Source of the DNA: Spirochaetota bacterium
GTDB lineage: Bacteria > Spirochaetota > UBA4802 > UBA5550
Direction: 5' to 3'
Assembly (NCBI GenBank): GCA_050298055.1
Contig: JBNKTL010000064.1
Span: 1-18,667 of the forward strand
DNA: 18,667 nucleotides
In this document: one piece after another, positions 1 through 7,800 of the stretch
Numbering within the stretch: the first letter of the stretch is position 1
Layout: the number at the start of each line of letters is the position of its first letter
The notes under the pieces: generated by a model
What the model was told of the DNA's origin: nothing
What the model saw: the letters and a program-made list of their open reading frames with translations, nothing else
The model's database searches: none
Translations under genes and position numbers: made by a program

Positions 1-121
1 ACGTGTCTTTATCAACGCAGACAGGGACTGTTTCGGGCATGTCGTCAAACATGCCGTTTATGATGTCCGAACAGGACAGGTTGAAAATTAACAGTATGGT
101 GACCGGAATTAACTTCTTCAT
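1..121 (-). CDS. Putative lipoprotein, 5' part only (runs off window)
   Basis: Hand translation MKKLIPVTILLIFNLSCSDIINGMFDDMPETVPVCVDKDT: basic N-terminus, hydrophobic stretch, lipobox-like NLSC. GGAG RBS upstream of ATG at 121. Co-oriented with the cluster. Confidence 0.75.
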   Translation of the reverse strand, partial: MKKLIPVTILLIFNLSCSDIINGMFDDMPETVPVCVDKDT

Positions 122-145
122 TATACTTCTCCACATTTTAAGAGA

Positions 146-230
146 GTGTTAAATTTTGAATTTTGAATTTTGAATTTCCTGATTAAAAACAGTCTTTTTA
201 ATTTAAAATCAAACATTCAAAATTTAAAAC
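146..230. repeat. Inverted pair of AT-rich heptamer arrays downstream of the four-helix-bundle gene
   Basis: 146-176 (tgttaaa ttttgaa ttttgaa ttttgaa) versus reverse complement of 200-230: 26/31 matches by hand alignment, 23-nt spacer. Confidence 0.8.
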
Positions 231-239
231 TTCTTCAAA

Positions 240-611
240 TCAACACTTCTTCGAAGCTGTTTTCACAATAGATGTTAAGATCCGGATCAACTGGTCAATG
301 TCCCTTAAATAGGGACTGTAATCAAGGTCCGCCATCTTCGATCTATCAAGCAGACAGAGCCAGTACCTGGTCTCTCTGGCCTCCTTCGACGCGATTGACA
401 TCTTCGATAAAAAGTCCTTTCTGCTCTGCGCCGCCTGTGCCTCCGCGGTATTCGCCCCGATACCTGTCCCGCTCCTCAATACCTGCTTTGAGATAATATA
501 TTCCCTCTTCTCCTGCAGCTTCTTATACAACTCAATAATGTCCAGTGCGAACTCAAAACACTTCTGCTCAATAATGTTGTTCTTTTTGATCCCGTTCATG
601 GTAACCTCCAA
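240..611 (-). CDS. Four-helix-bundle protein (TIGR02436 / 23S rRNA intervening-sequence protein family, Avd-like)
   Basis: Motifs KQVLRSGTGIGANTAEAQAAQSRKDFLSKMSIASKEARETRYWL. True start probably ATG at 599 (GGAGG upstream). Confidence 0.9.
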   Translation of the reverse strand: MEVTMNGIKKNNIIEQKCFEFALDIIELYKKLQEKREYIISKQVLRSGTGIGANTAEAQAAQSRKDFLSKMSIASKEARETRYWLCLLDRSKMADLDYSPYLRDIDQLIRILTSIVKTASKKC

Positions 612-652
612 CTAATTAATACGCATGAACAGGAAAAAAATTAAAAACTTTT

Positions 653-707
653 TTCTTTAATTTAACATTTAAAACTCAACATTCAACATTAAACACGTCT
701 CCGTGGT
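653..707. repeat. Heptamer array (5 units) plus ACCACGGAGA arm remnant upstream of the four-helix-bundle gene
   Basis: 661-695 tttaaca tttaaaa ctcaaca ttcaaca ttaaaca. 653-669 is the exact reverse complement of 18517-18533. 698-707 reverse-complements to accacggaga (compare accacgaaga at 2189). Confidence 0.8.
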
Positions 708-2174
708 TCAAAACCTGATCCCCGCCGAGGGAGAGATTGAAAACCAGGACATCCCCCCCGATTCTTCACTGATATACCGGTAGTCGGCGGAAAGGGCGAA
801 AAACCAGAGGGAAACGTTCCAGCGGACCGTGAGTCCCGCGCCGAAGAGGGGTTCGAACCCCCCTGTTGTTTTTGTCTTTTGCGACGAGCTGGGAATATCG
901 AAATAGCTGTGCCTCTCACGGACATAACAGGCCCCGGCATAAACCGCCGGCGAGATCCGGAACATCTTGCGGATAGAGAAGGAATATCCCGCAAAAAGCT
1001 GCACCGGGGCGAGGACAATATCTTCCACATCGTTTTCCGGGACCCCGGAGATATTCTCTTTCCCCGGGAAGATAAGATACGAGGACTCGATCCCCAGGTC
1101 AAGGCAGGGGAGAAAGTAGTTGGACATCCCCACCCGGAGGGTCCCCCCGTAACCCGGTTTTACCGCGTCCTTCAAATTTCCCCGGGGCAGAACAAGGGCC
1201 GGGGAGACCGCCACGTTGATCTCGGGACGGTGGGAAATGTAGACACGGGCAATCTCCTCCGATTCCGTTTTTAAATTGTCGCTGCTTTTAATATAGATGA
1301 TGTCAAATTTCACGTCCTTTGACAAACGGTATGCCGTCTTTTTTGTTACGCCCAGGAGCGAGGTTTTGAAATTCAGCACCTTATAGAGCCTGTACTCCTC
1401 CACACTCCCGTCGGGGTCCGTGGCTTTCTCCCAGGTGATCTCGTAGTTCCCCCCGGAGTCCTTTGTAACGTCGGTTTTCCCGGGAGGCAGGGGGGGGATG
1501 TTCTTCGTCTTCAGCGTGAGTTCGTTGCTGGGGGAGGACTCGTAGTCGTCACTGTCCACGCTCTTCACGATGAAATAGTACTTCGTGTTGCTCTTCAGGT
1601 CCTCAAGGGAAATATGCTTGCTTGATGTGGACGCGATCTTTTTATATTCGCCCCTTTTTAGGGTTTTGGTATAGATATTATATTTTTTTACTTTATCGTA
1701 AGGAGGAAACCATGAAAGCTCCGCGTCGGTCATACCGGCCTCACCCTTGAGCCCCGAGGGGTTTTTTTCCGCCACGAAAAGGACATCGCTCCTCCTGAGG
1801 CTGAACTCCTTCGGGGAATAGAGCTTCTTTCTGCAGATATAGCTCTCCCTGTCCTCATCCACGATAAAGGCGAGGACGCTTGTGCCGTCGCGCTTCTGGA
1901 TATAGACCTTCCCCATCTTCAGTTCGGTATAGAGGATACGGAGAATATCCCCCCTCCGGATCACCTGCCTTTTCCCCTCCACCCGGGCAACAACTGTTCC
2001 GGGCCGGTCCGCGATAATTCTCCCCCTGATGATCTTCCCGTCTTTTAAAAAAATATACTCCGCCCCCAGAATCGACGGGTAAAAAATCATCAGAAAAAAA
2101 ACCATCCCATAGAACGTTTTATTAAAATCTTTTTTCATCCTCTGTTTCCCGTAACTCAAATTGTAAAACCTCAT
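708..2174 (-). CDS. Outer-membrane protein: signal peptide, tandem LA_0442-like (Sm-like) domains, fibronectin type III domains, C-terminal beta-barrel
   Basis: Signal peptide ending SILGA; EYIFLKDGKIIRGRII motif; FN3 signatures LSWFPP..YNIY..LKSNTKYYFIVKSVD..ES.PS and ITWEKATDPDG..EYRLY; amphipathic beta strands ending SPSAGIRF (terminal Phe). Start may be ATG at 2138. Confidence 0.8.
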   Translation of the reverse strand: MRFYNLSYGKQRMKKDFNKTFYGMVFFLMIFYPSILGAEYIFLKDGKIIRGRIIADRPGTVVARVEGKRQVIRRGDILRILYTELKMGKVYIQKRDGTSVLAFIVDEDRESYICRKKLYSPKEFSLRRSDVLFVAEKNPSGLKGEAGMTDAELSWFPPYDKVKKYNIYTKTLKRGEYKKIASTSSKHISLEDLKSNTKYYFIVKSVDSDDYESSPSNELTLKTKNIPPLPPGKTDVTKDSGGNYEITWEKATDPDGSVEEYRLYKVLNFKTSLLGVTKKTAYRLSKDVKFDIIYIKSSDNLKTESEEIARVYISHRPEINVAVSPALVLPRGNLKDAVKPGYGGTLRVGMSNYFLPCLDLGIESSYLIFPGKENISGVPENDVEDIVLAPVQLFAGYSFSIRKMFRISPAVYAGACYVRERHSYFDIPSSSQKTKTTGGFEPLFGAGLTVRWNVSLWFFALSADYRYISEESGGMSWFSISPSAGIRF

Positions 2175-2187
2175 TTTTAAAAGATTT

Positions 2188-2408
2188 AACCACGAAGATC
2201 ACGAAGAAGGATAATTGAACCGCAAAGGCGCAAAGGGCGCAAAGTTTATAAAGTTGAGTTATTTTATCAAAAAACAGTCTCTTTAATTTAACATTCAAAA
2301 TTAAAACTCAACATTATAAAAACTCTTCCTTCGCGCCCTTCGCGCCTTCGCGGTTCAATACTTTTCTTCTTCTCCCTCTTCAATTCAAAATTTAAAATTC
2401 AACATTAT
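2188..2408. repeat. Composite palindromic element: 31-bp GC-rich inverted arms enclosing a 16-bp inverted pair and heptamer arrays
   Basis: 2214-2244 attgaaccgcaaaggcgcaaagggcgcaaag versus 2329-2359 (28/31). 2245-2260 versus 2305-2320 (15/16). Heptamers at 2287-2314 and 2384-2407. Confidence 0.85.
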
Positions 2409-3308
2409 TTATCTCGATTCCGTCTGCCTGACCTTTTTCCCGTCAATGCTGATTATCCCCGAGGGGGTGATCATCCGTATCCTTCTCCCCCGGGAGAGGA
2501 TGGCGCCCTGATATTTCTTTCCGCTGTAGAGGGTGACCGTGTCAATCCTTCCGTATTCGGACCGGATATTTTCAAGGGTGAATTTCTTGCCCAGGATCCT
2601 GCCGATCTCTTTATCGATCCGCCTGTCGTTCTCCCGTATCTTTTCCCCCTCTTTCTCAAGCTTATCCTTCTCCAGGGAACCGGGATTTTTTCTTACCGGG
2701 ATATCTTCGATCTTCCCCAGGGTAAGTTTCTCAATGGCTGATATCTTCCGGCTTTTAAGGGTCCCGGTAACAAGGATGGTCTTCCCGGTGTCCGCGTACT
2801 TCTCTTTCCTGGAAGATATCTTTTCAACCTTCACCTTCCCCCGGGACACGGCCACCCTGCTGGTCCCGCTATTGTGTTCCGTTAGAAAAACCGTGCCCCG
2901 GACCGATGCCACTGCCGTGGGAGTCTTGATAACATAACGTTCTCCCTTCCTGAGCCGGGAAATTTTTGAGAGCACCATGCCCTTTGACAGGTAAAATTCG
3001 TTTTCACCGTGCCCGGTGATGGAGTTCAGCTTCACACGGGACTCCTGTTCAATCCTGAAAACGGTTTCCCCTCCAAGCTGGACAACAATAAACGATTTCT
3101 TCCCCGTTAAAATCATGTCCCCCTTCTTCAGGTGTTCTTTTATGTTCGCTTTCTGTTCATTCCCGTTCCGCTTAATTTTTACGTCGCCGAACAGAAAGGT
3201 CACAACGGCGTCTTCTCCCGTTATGTTTTTGCCGCAGCCGGGAAAAAAGATTAAAACCACGGCAAATGCCGCCGTATAAACCGTTATTCGTTTCTTTAGT
3301 TCTTTCAT
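2409..3308 (-). CDS. FecR-domain lipoprotein, LipL45-like, with shared C-terminal Sm-like domain
   Basis: Lipobox-like IFFPGC (Cys25); FecR motifs LKKGDMILTG, IKTPTAVASVRGTVF, VAVSRGKVKV; GAGG RBS. Confidence 0.85.
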   Translation of the reverse strand: MKELKKRITVYTAAFAVVLIFFPGCGKNITGEDAVVTFLFGDVKIKRNGNEQKANIKEHLKKGDMILTGKKSFIVVQLGGETVFRIEQESRVKLNSITGHGENEFYLSKGMVLSKISRLRKGERYVIKTPTAVASVRGTVFLTEHNSGTSRVAVSRGKVKVEKISSRKEKYADTGKTILVTGTLKSRKISAIEKLTLGKIEDIPVRKNPGSLEKDKLEKEGEKIRENDRRIDKEIGRILGKKFTLENIRSEYGRIDTVTLYSGKKYQGAILSRGRRIRMITPSGIISIDGKKVRQTESR

Positions 3309-3323
3309 AGCAAACCTCAGCTG

Positions 3324-3737
3324 TTATTCCAGTATTGTTCTCATTTTTACGTCTTCCATGGAGATCTTTTTCATCCCCTCTGTTGTAACCATTGTGTAGA
3401 CATCATCTATGGAGATCACCGCACCGGTGTAGCTTTGCCCGTTATAGAGGGTCACAATCTCCACCCTGCCGTATATCTGTTTGATCTCCTCTTTTGTTTT
3501 GATCCCGGTTCTCTTTCCGGTTGCTGAACCGGATTTTCCGGGCACCCTGTTTTCCTTTACTGTCTCCTCTATCATAAGGTCTCTCCCTTTTATTAAATTT
3601 CCGGGAGTTCCGGTCCTGCCGGCGGTTTTCCTCTCCCCTTTATTATTTCCGCTTTTCATAATCATCAAAGCGGCGGATAGACAGAGCAGCAGAAGGAACA
3701 TAACCGTCAGGATCAAAAAATTTTTCTTCGTTTTCAT
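3324..3737 (-). CDS. Small membrane-anchored protein: N-terminal anchor, linker, shared C-terminal domain; no FecR domain
   Basis: ORF track 3324..3773; ATG at 3737 preferred (GGAGG RBS). Hydrophobic FLILTVMFLLLLCLSAALMIM; C-terminal YGRVEIVTLYNGQSYTGA paralogous to both neighbours. Confidence 0.8.
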   Translation of the reverse strand: MKTKKNFLILTVMFLLLLCLSAALMIMKSGNNKGERKTAGRTGTPGNLIKGRDLMIEETVKENRVPGKSGSATGKRTGIKTKEEIKQIYGRVEIVTLYNGQSYTGAVISIDDVYTMVTTEGMKKISMEDVKMRTILE

Positions 3738-3777
3738 CTTTCCCCTCCGGGTATCAACAGGTCTTCCGGTCAATACC

Positions 3778-4908
3778 CTATTCTATTATCCTCACATTCT
3801 TTACTTCTTTAGCCCTCACCCTTCTGACCCCTCCCGGGGTAATAATGGTAAAGAACCTGCCCCGTGAGGTAATGGCGCCTGTATATACTCTTCCGTTATA
3901 GAGCCGGACCTCCTCCAGCCGCCCGTATTTTTTCCTGATATCGTCAAGTGTTGTGATCCCGCTTCTCTTTTCCTTTTCCGTCTTTTCGCTCATCACGGCC
4001 ATGACAGCTTCACGCAGTTCATTCGTCTCAATAGCGCTTAAATTTTCCCTGTATTTCAGCCTGCCGATTTTTTGCAGCAACTGCATTTCCCGTGAACCGG
4101 TCTTTACCGGTTTTTTCACAGTTGATATTCCCCTGATCACGGCGCTCTGCCCCTTTTCCACCCGGATCTCATAATTTTTCACAAGGTTGGTCACCTTTAC
4201 CGCCCCCTGGGACACGGTCACCCTCGTTGTTTCCTTTTCATAGCTTATGCCGAACCCCGTTCCCGCCACAACAGCCACGGCGTTAGGTGTTATGACACTG
4301 AACATTTCACCTGTTTCCAGGGGTATGACTTTGCACAAAAGGGTCCCCCTTTCCAGTGAGAGTGACTTTCTTTTCAATCCGATCTCCACGGAAGCAGTGC
4401 TCCGGGACTCCACGCTTACAAGACTTTTCTTCATTTGAAAGAGGAGCCTGCCCCCGGGGCCGGTCATGATTTTGTCCCCGGTAATAATCCTCTCCTTTGT
4501 CCCCACTGCCGCTATCTCTCTTTTATTCCTTGTGATCTTCACTGCGCCCTCGGCCAGAAGAATGAAGCCCTTCCTGAATTCGGGGATCCCGGTCACGGGC
4601 CCTCTTCCCGTTCCATAGTCGTAGAAGACCGTCAGAGATGACGATACGATCACCAGGAACACGATGACCGATGCTGCCGCGAACGCCCGGGCCCCTCCCG
4701 CCAGTGTTGTCTTTATTCCGATCCTGTTGAGGAGATGCTCGAAAAAGACCGCGGCGTGCACCAGTGCGGAATCGTATATTTCGCTTTTAACTATTTTTGA
4801 TAATGCCTTTCGTTTCGCTTTGAATATTCTCCTCCTGTCATAAGAGGAAAGAGGTGATGTAAGCCTGTACTTTTCAATGATCTCTTCCAGTACACCTGTT
4901 CTTTTCAT
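3778..4908 (-). CDS. FecR-type anti-sigma factor: cytoplasmic N-terminus, one TM helix, FecR domain, shared C-terminal domain
   Basis: TM AFAAASVIVFLVIVSSSLTVFY; FecR motifs TGDKIMTG, VITPNAVAVVAGTGFGI, VTVSQGAVKV; ATGA overlap with sigma-factor stop at 4905-4908. Confidence 0.85.
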   Translation of the reverse strand: MKRTGVLEEIIEKYRLTSPLSSYDRRRIFKAKRKALSKIVKSEIYDSALVHAAVFFEHLLNRIGIKTTLAGGARAFAAASVIVFLVIVSSSLTVFYDYGTGRGPVTGIPEFRKGFILLAEGAVKITRNKREIAAVGTKERIITGDKIMTGPGGRLLFQMKKSLVSVESRSTASVEIGLKRKSLSLERGTLLCKVIPLETGEMFSVITPNAVAVVAGTGFGISYEKETTRVTVSQGAVKVTNLVKNYEIRVEKGQSAVIRGISTVKKPVKTGSREMQLLQKIGRLKYRENLSAIETNELREAVMAVMSEKTEKEKRSGITTLDDIRKKYGRLEEVRLYNGRVYTGAITSRGRFFTIITPGGVRRVRAKEVKNVRIIE

Positions 4909-5462
4909 AGCAGATCACCCAGTTCTTTGATCCCTTTTTCCCGGAGTCTCGATAATATCTTTTCGCAGATCCTGTTATACCTGTACCGCGCCTGTTTATA
5001 GTTAAGCTTTAAATGCCTGGCCGCTTCGGCAATGCTGTACCGGTAAACGGCAACCAGCTGAAAGATGGAATCGTCCCCGATTTCATCTCCGCGGCATTCA
5101 TCACTGATCTCATCAATGACCCGGGAGATCACCACCCGCGCTTCTTTAAAACCATTAACGTATCCCATATCTATATCGTTTAAAAGTGAATCCAGATCTT
5201 CATGGCCCCTGTTCCTCTCCTTGTAAAAATCCAGAACAACGATTCTGAGACATCCCAGGAGCCATTTCCTCGGGTTGTTGATCTCATCAAGCTTCCTGTA
5301 AAACCTGATGAAAACCTCCTGGCAGATATCTTCGGCATCGTGATAATTGTTGATGCGGGAATAGACAATGCTGAACACCAGGGAATAAAATAAATGGTAA
5401 TGTTTTGTAAAATTTTCAACCTTCGGGTCTGCAAGCGAACCGGTAAGTTTCACTGTTACCAC
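4905..5462 (-). CDS. ECF-type RNA polymerase sigma factor
   Basis: Region 2 motif DAEDICQEVFIRFY..PRKWL and region 4 HTH YSIAEAARHLKLNYKQARYRYNR; ~185 aa; directly upstream of FecR gene. Start may be GTG at 5453 (GAGGTGG upstream). Confidence 0.85.
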   Translation of the reverse strand: MVTVKLTGSLADPKVENFTKHYHLFYSLVFSIVYSRINNYHDAEDICQEVFIRFYRKLDEINNPRKWLLGCLRIVVLDFYKERNRGHEDLDSLLNDIDMGYVNGFKEARVVISRVIDEISDECRGDEIGDDSIFQLVAVYRYSIAEAARHLKLNYKQARYRYNRICEKILSRLREKGIKELGDLL

Positions 5463-5615
5463 CTCTGTCTTTCATATTTACAGTAGGAAAAACGCGGAAA
5501 AATTCCCCAAAAAAAATACATTTGCGCTGTTTTTTAATAAAATATCCGCCACGAAGACACAGATCTTAGAAAGAACTATGTGTATCTACAGGGAACTACT
5601 CAGATATATGATTTT

Positions 5616-5652
5616 AAAAAACATCTCTCTGCCACATCGGGGTGCGGAGAGA
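5616..5652 (-). terminator. Possible intrinsic terminator after the 5785..6969 gene
   Basis: Minus strand TCTCTCCGC-N11-GCAGAGAGA (8/9 pairs) followed by TGTTTTTT. Confidence 0.35.
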
Positions 5653-5784
5653 ACGAAATAAATTTACATTTAAATGAAATGAGAATTTTTATATCTATAT
5701 GCAGTAACAAATACACCTATTGAAACACAATTAAAAAAATGTAAAGGAAAATATGAAAATTACTCTTTAAAATTCAACATTATC

Positions 5785-6969
5785 TTACATCTCCGGATCA
5801 AAAACCGATATCCCCTTATTGTTTGTTTCCTGGATACACAGCTTTTCCCCGCACCGGACGGCCCTTCTGTATTGAAGAGAGGGGCTCTTTTTTAAACCGC
5901 CCTTTCTTGAATAGTGATAGGTCCCATCCATCTTATGAAAGAAAACAAAACATCTCCCGGACGTACAGGAAAAGAGTGTGGAAGGGGGATAATTCCTCTT
6001 CCCCAGGGTCATGAGTTTTTTAACCGGCCGAAGATCTCCCGGCCTGGCGCCGGCCTCCCCTTCCCAGACCATGTTGCCGTACTGTAAAAGCAGAAAGAGC
6101 CGGGGACCCGTATGGATAAACTTTGCCTTCAGTTCATTTATCGTGTCCCCGCTGATCCGGAGCTTTTTGATTGTAAAACTTTTCCCCGCAGGGGACCGGA
6201 AGGCGTAGAAAAATGAAGCGCGGCGGGGTGTTTTGCCGTAACAGGGGGCTTCGGCCCAGAGGAGACGGATACCCTGCCGGTCAACAAAAAGGTCCCCGCT
6301 TAGCACACAGGAATTATCCGGAAGATCTCTCCCCGCCATGAGCTCCTCGGTGCTCCCGTCCGCTTTTGCCCTGATGACCCTGAGTGTCCCGTCATGAACA
6401 AGCAGAAAGACCTCTTCGTTATAATAGCCCAGCGCCAGGTCCGTGAATGACATGTCCGTTTTAACCAGATGCCCCCCGGGCACCCGGAACGTTTTTATTG
6501 TCTTCAACGGCCCTTTATGGCCGAAGACACGGCAGATGAGATTGTTTTCCTTCGTGAGATAGGCCACTCCGAAGCTGTCCCCGGCTTCAAAAAAATCCCT
6601 TGTGATGTTGCCTTCCTTTTTATAAAGGACCTGCGGCCTGCCGGATAACTGCCCGAGGTCACGGTCAACCACTGCGGCGTAAAGGACTGTGGTAAAGAGG
6701 GTACGGTTGATGGCCCCGAATCCCGTTTCCCTGTAGGGGACACTGAACAGGACGCCCCATTTCCCCTCCATGGACACAAACGAAGTCCGGATATTGAGAG
6801 TCATGGGCTCCCGGGACGCGGTCCGGTCGGGAGAGAAGAAGAAGGATTTCCTCTCCTTTACCAGCCTGACGTTCTCATAGGTGACAGGGGAACTGCAGGA
6901 GAGGGAAAGCGTCACCCCGCAAAAAAGTATTGATAACCATCTCCCGAACAATGAGCGTTTTCCTTTCAT
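5785..6969 (-). CDS. Hypothetical lipoprotein, beta-rich
   Basis: 394-aa ORF; basic N-terminus, hydrophobic region, LSLSC lipobox-like motif; GGAG RBS. No family recognised. Confidence 0.7.
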   Translation of the reverse strand: MKGKRSLFGRWLSILFCGVTLSLSCSSPVTYENVRLVKERKSFFFSPDRTASREPMTLNIRTSFVSMEGKWGVLFSVPYRETGFGAINRTLFTTVLYAAVVDRDLGQLSGRPQVLYKKEGNITRDFFEAGDSFGVAYLTKENNLICRVFGHKGPLKTIKTFRVPGGHLVKTDMSFTDLALGYYNEEVFLLVHDGTLRVIRAKADGSTEELMAGRDLPDNSCVLSGDLFVDRQGIRLLWAEAPCYGKTPRRASFFYAFRSPAGKSFTIKKLRISGDTINELKAKFIHTGPRLFLLLQYGNMVWEGEAGARPGDLRPVKKLMTLGKRNYPPSTLFSCTSGRCFVFFHKMDGTYHYSRKGGLKKSPSLQYRRAVRCGEKLCIQETNNKGISVFDPEM

Positions 6970-7053
6970 TATAATTCTCCGTTAAGTGCCTGCATTGTTT
7001 GCAAAAAAATTTCTCTATCTCTCATCTTGAATTGTTAAGTGGAATTCCCACAG

Positions 7054-7071
7054 AAAAAGTCCGGCAGGACT
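7054..7071 (-). terminator. Weak candidate terminator after the phosphatase gene
   Basis: Minus strand AGTCC-TGCC-GGACT followed by TTTT, about 20 nt after the stop; stem only 5 bp. Confidence 0.3.
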
Positions 7072-7089
7072 CCCCCGGGTTTATTCCTG

Positions 7090-7800
7090 TTATTTTTTCA
7101 CTCCTTTGATGACCCGGGGTATCTCACCCCCGAAAACCGACAGGGCGGCCTTTACTGCGTCACAACTGTTCTCCCGCAGAGAAGCCTGTATAACATCGCT
7201 GTCAGCAGGAAACCCGCAATACTCCTTCAGGTAAACAGCAAGAGAGGAAGACGTTTCTCCTGAGATGTTTCCCGCCAGCCGGTTTTCAAGCTGCTGAAGC
7301 TGTGACGCGAAACCGATGTTGGGAAGCACATCAAATCTCTTTTTCTTCACCAGCCTGAATGATTCTAAAAAACTTCTCTTTTCCCTCATCATGATCAGGG
7401 CAATCATAAATGCCGCAGATCTGCTTACCCCAGCCTCACAGTGGACCAGGAGCTTTTCATCTGTACTTTGCGAGAGGAAACGGTGAGTGAAATTGAAGAA
7501 GGCATCCAGCGAAGAGAGGATATCTTCATAAATACCATCATGGACTTTCAGGAAAAGATGAATAAAATTATCTGCCAGGAAATCAACCTTCGGCCTGCTG
7601 CTTTCATCAAGACAGCTCACGACATGAGTGATCCCGGTTTTTTTCAAAAGCCCAAGGGAATCCACACGGGGCAGAGAGCCGAGATAGAGATTATTCCTGA
7701 TTTCACTGAGTCTGCTGCCGGTAGTACGGACAAGATCGGCAAAATCCGGAACAAGGGAGGAAAGGAGAAATTTAACTATCCTGTTAACCGTTTCAATCAT
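7090..7800 (-). CDS. Dual-specificity protein phosphatase
   Basis: Catalytic loop LVHCEAGVSRSA, plus NLYLGS, GITHVVSC and PNIGFASQL motifs; GAGGAG RBS. Confidence 0.9.
   Translation of the reverse strand: MIETVNRIVKFLLSSLVPDFADLVRTTGSRLSEIRNNLYLGSLPRVDSLGLLKKTGITHVVSCLDESSRPKVDFLADNFIHLFLKVHDGIYEDILSSLDAFFNFTHRFLSQSTDEKLLVHCEAGVSRSAAFMIALIMMREKRSFLESFRLVKKKRFDVLPNIGFASQLQQLENRLAGNISGETSSSLAVYLKEYCGFPADSDVIQASLRENSCDAVKAALSVFGGEIPRVIKGVKK

Noticed and set aside
146..707. Diversity-generating retroelement or 23S rRNA intervening sequence
   Set aside because: No reverse transcriptase, TR/VR pair or rRNA sequence in the window.
1490..1497. G8 tract as a phase-variation switch in the OM protein gene
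   Set aside because: In frame, encodes a Pro linker between FN3 domains, and G/C runs are common in this region.
2221..2244. c-di-GMP-I riboswitch suggested by GGGCGCAAAG
   Set aside because: The motif is a tandem repeat unit inside a long inverted repeat; the P2 GGCAAAC..GAAA and P3 elements are absent.
5575..5603. ctatgtgta and gaactactcag as remnants of the palindromic element
   Set aside because: Matches are short and in the wrong order; could be chance.
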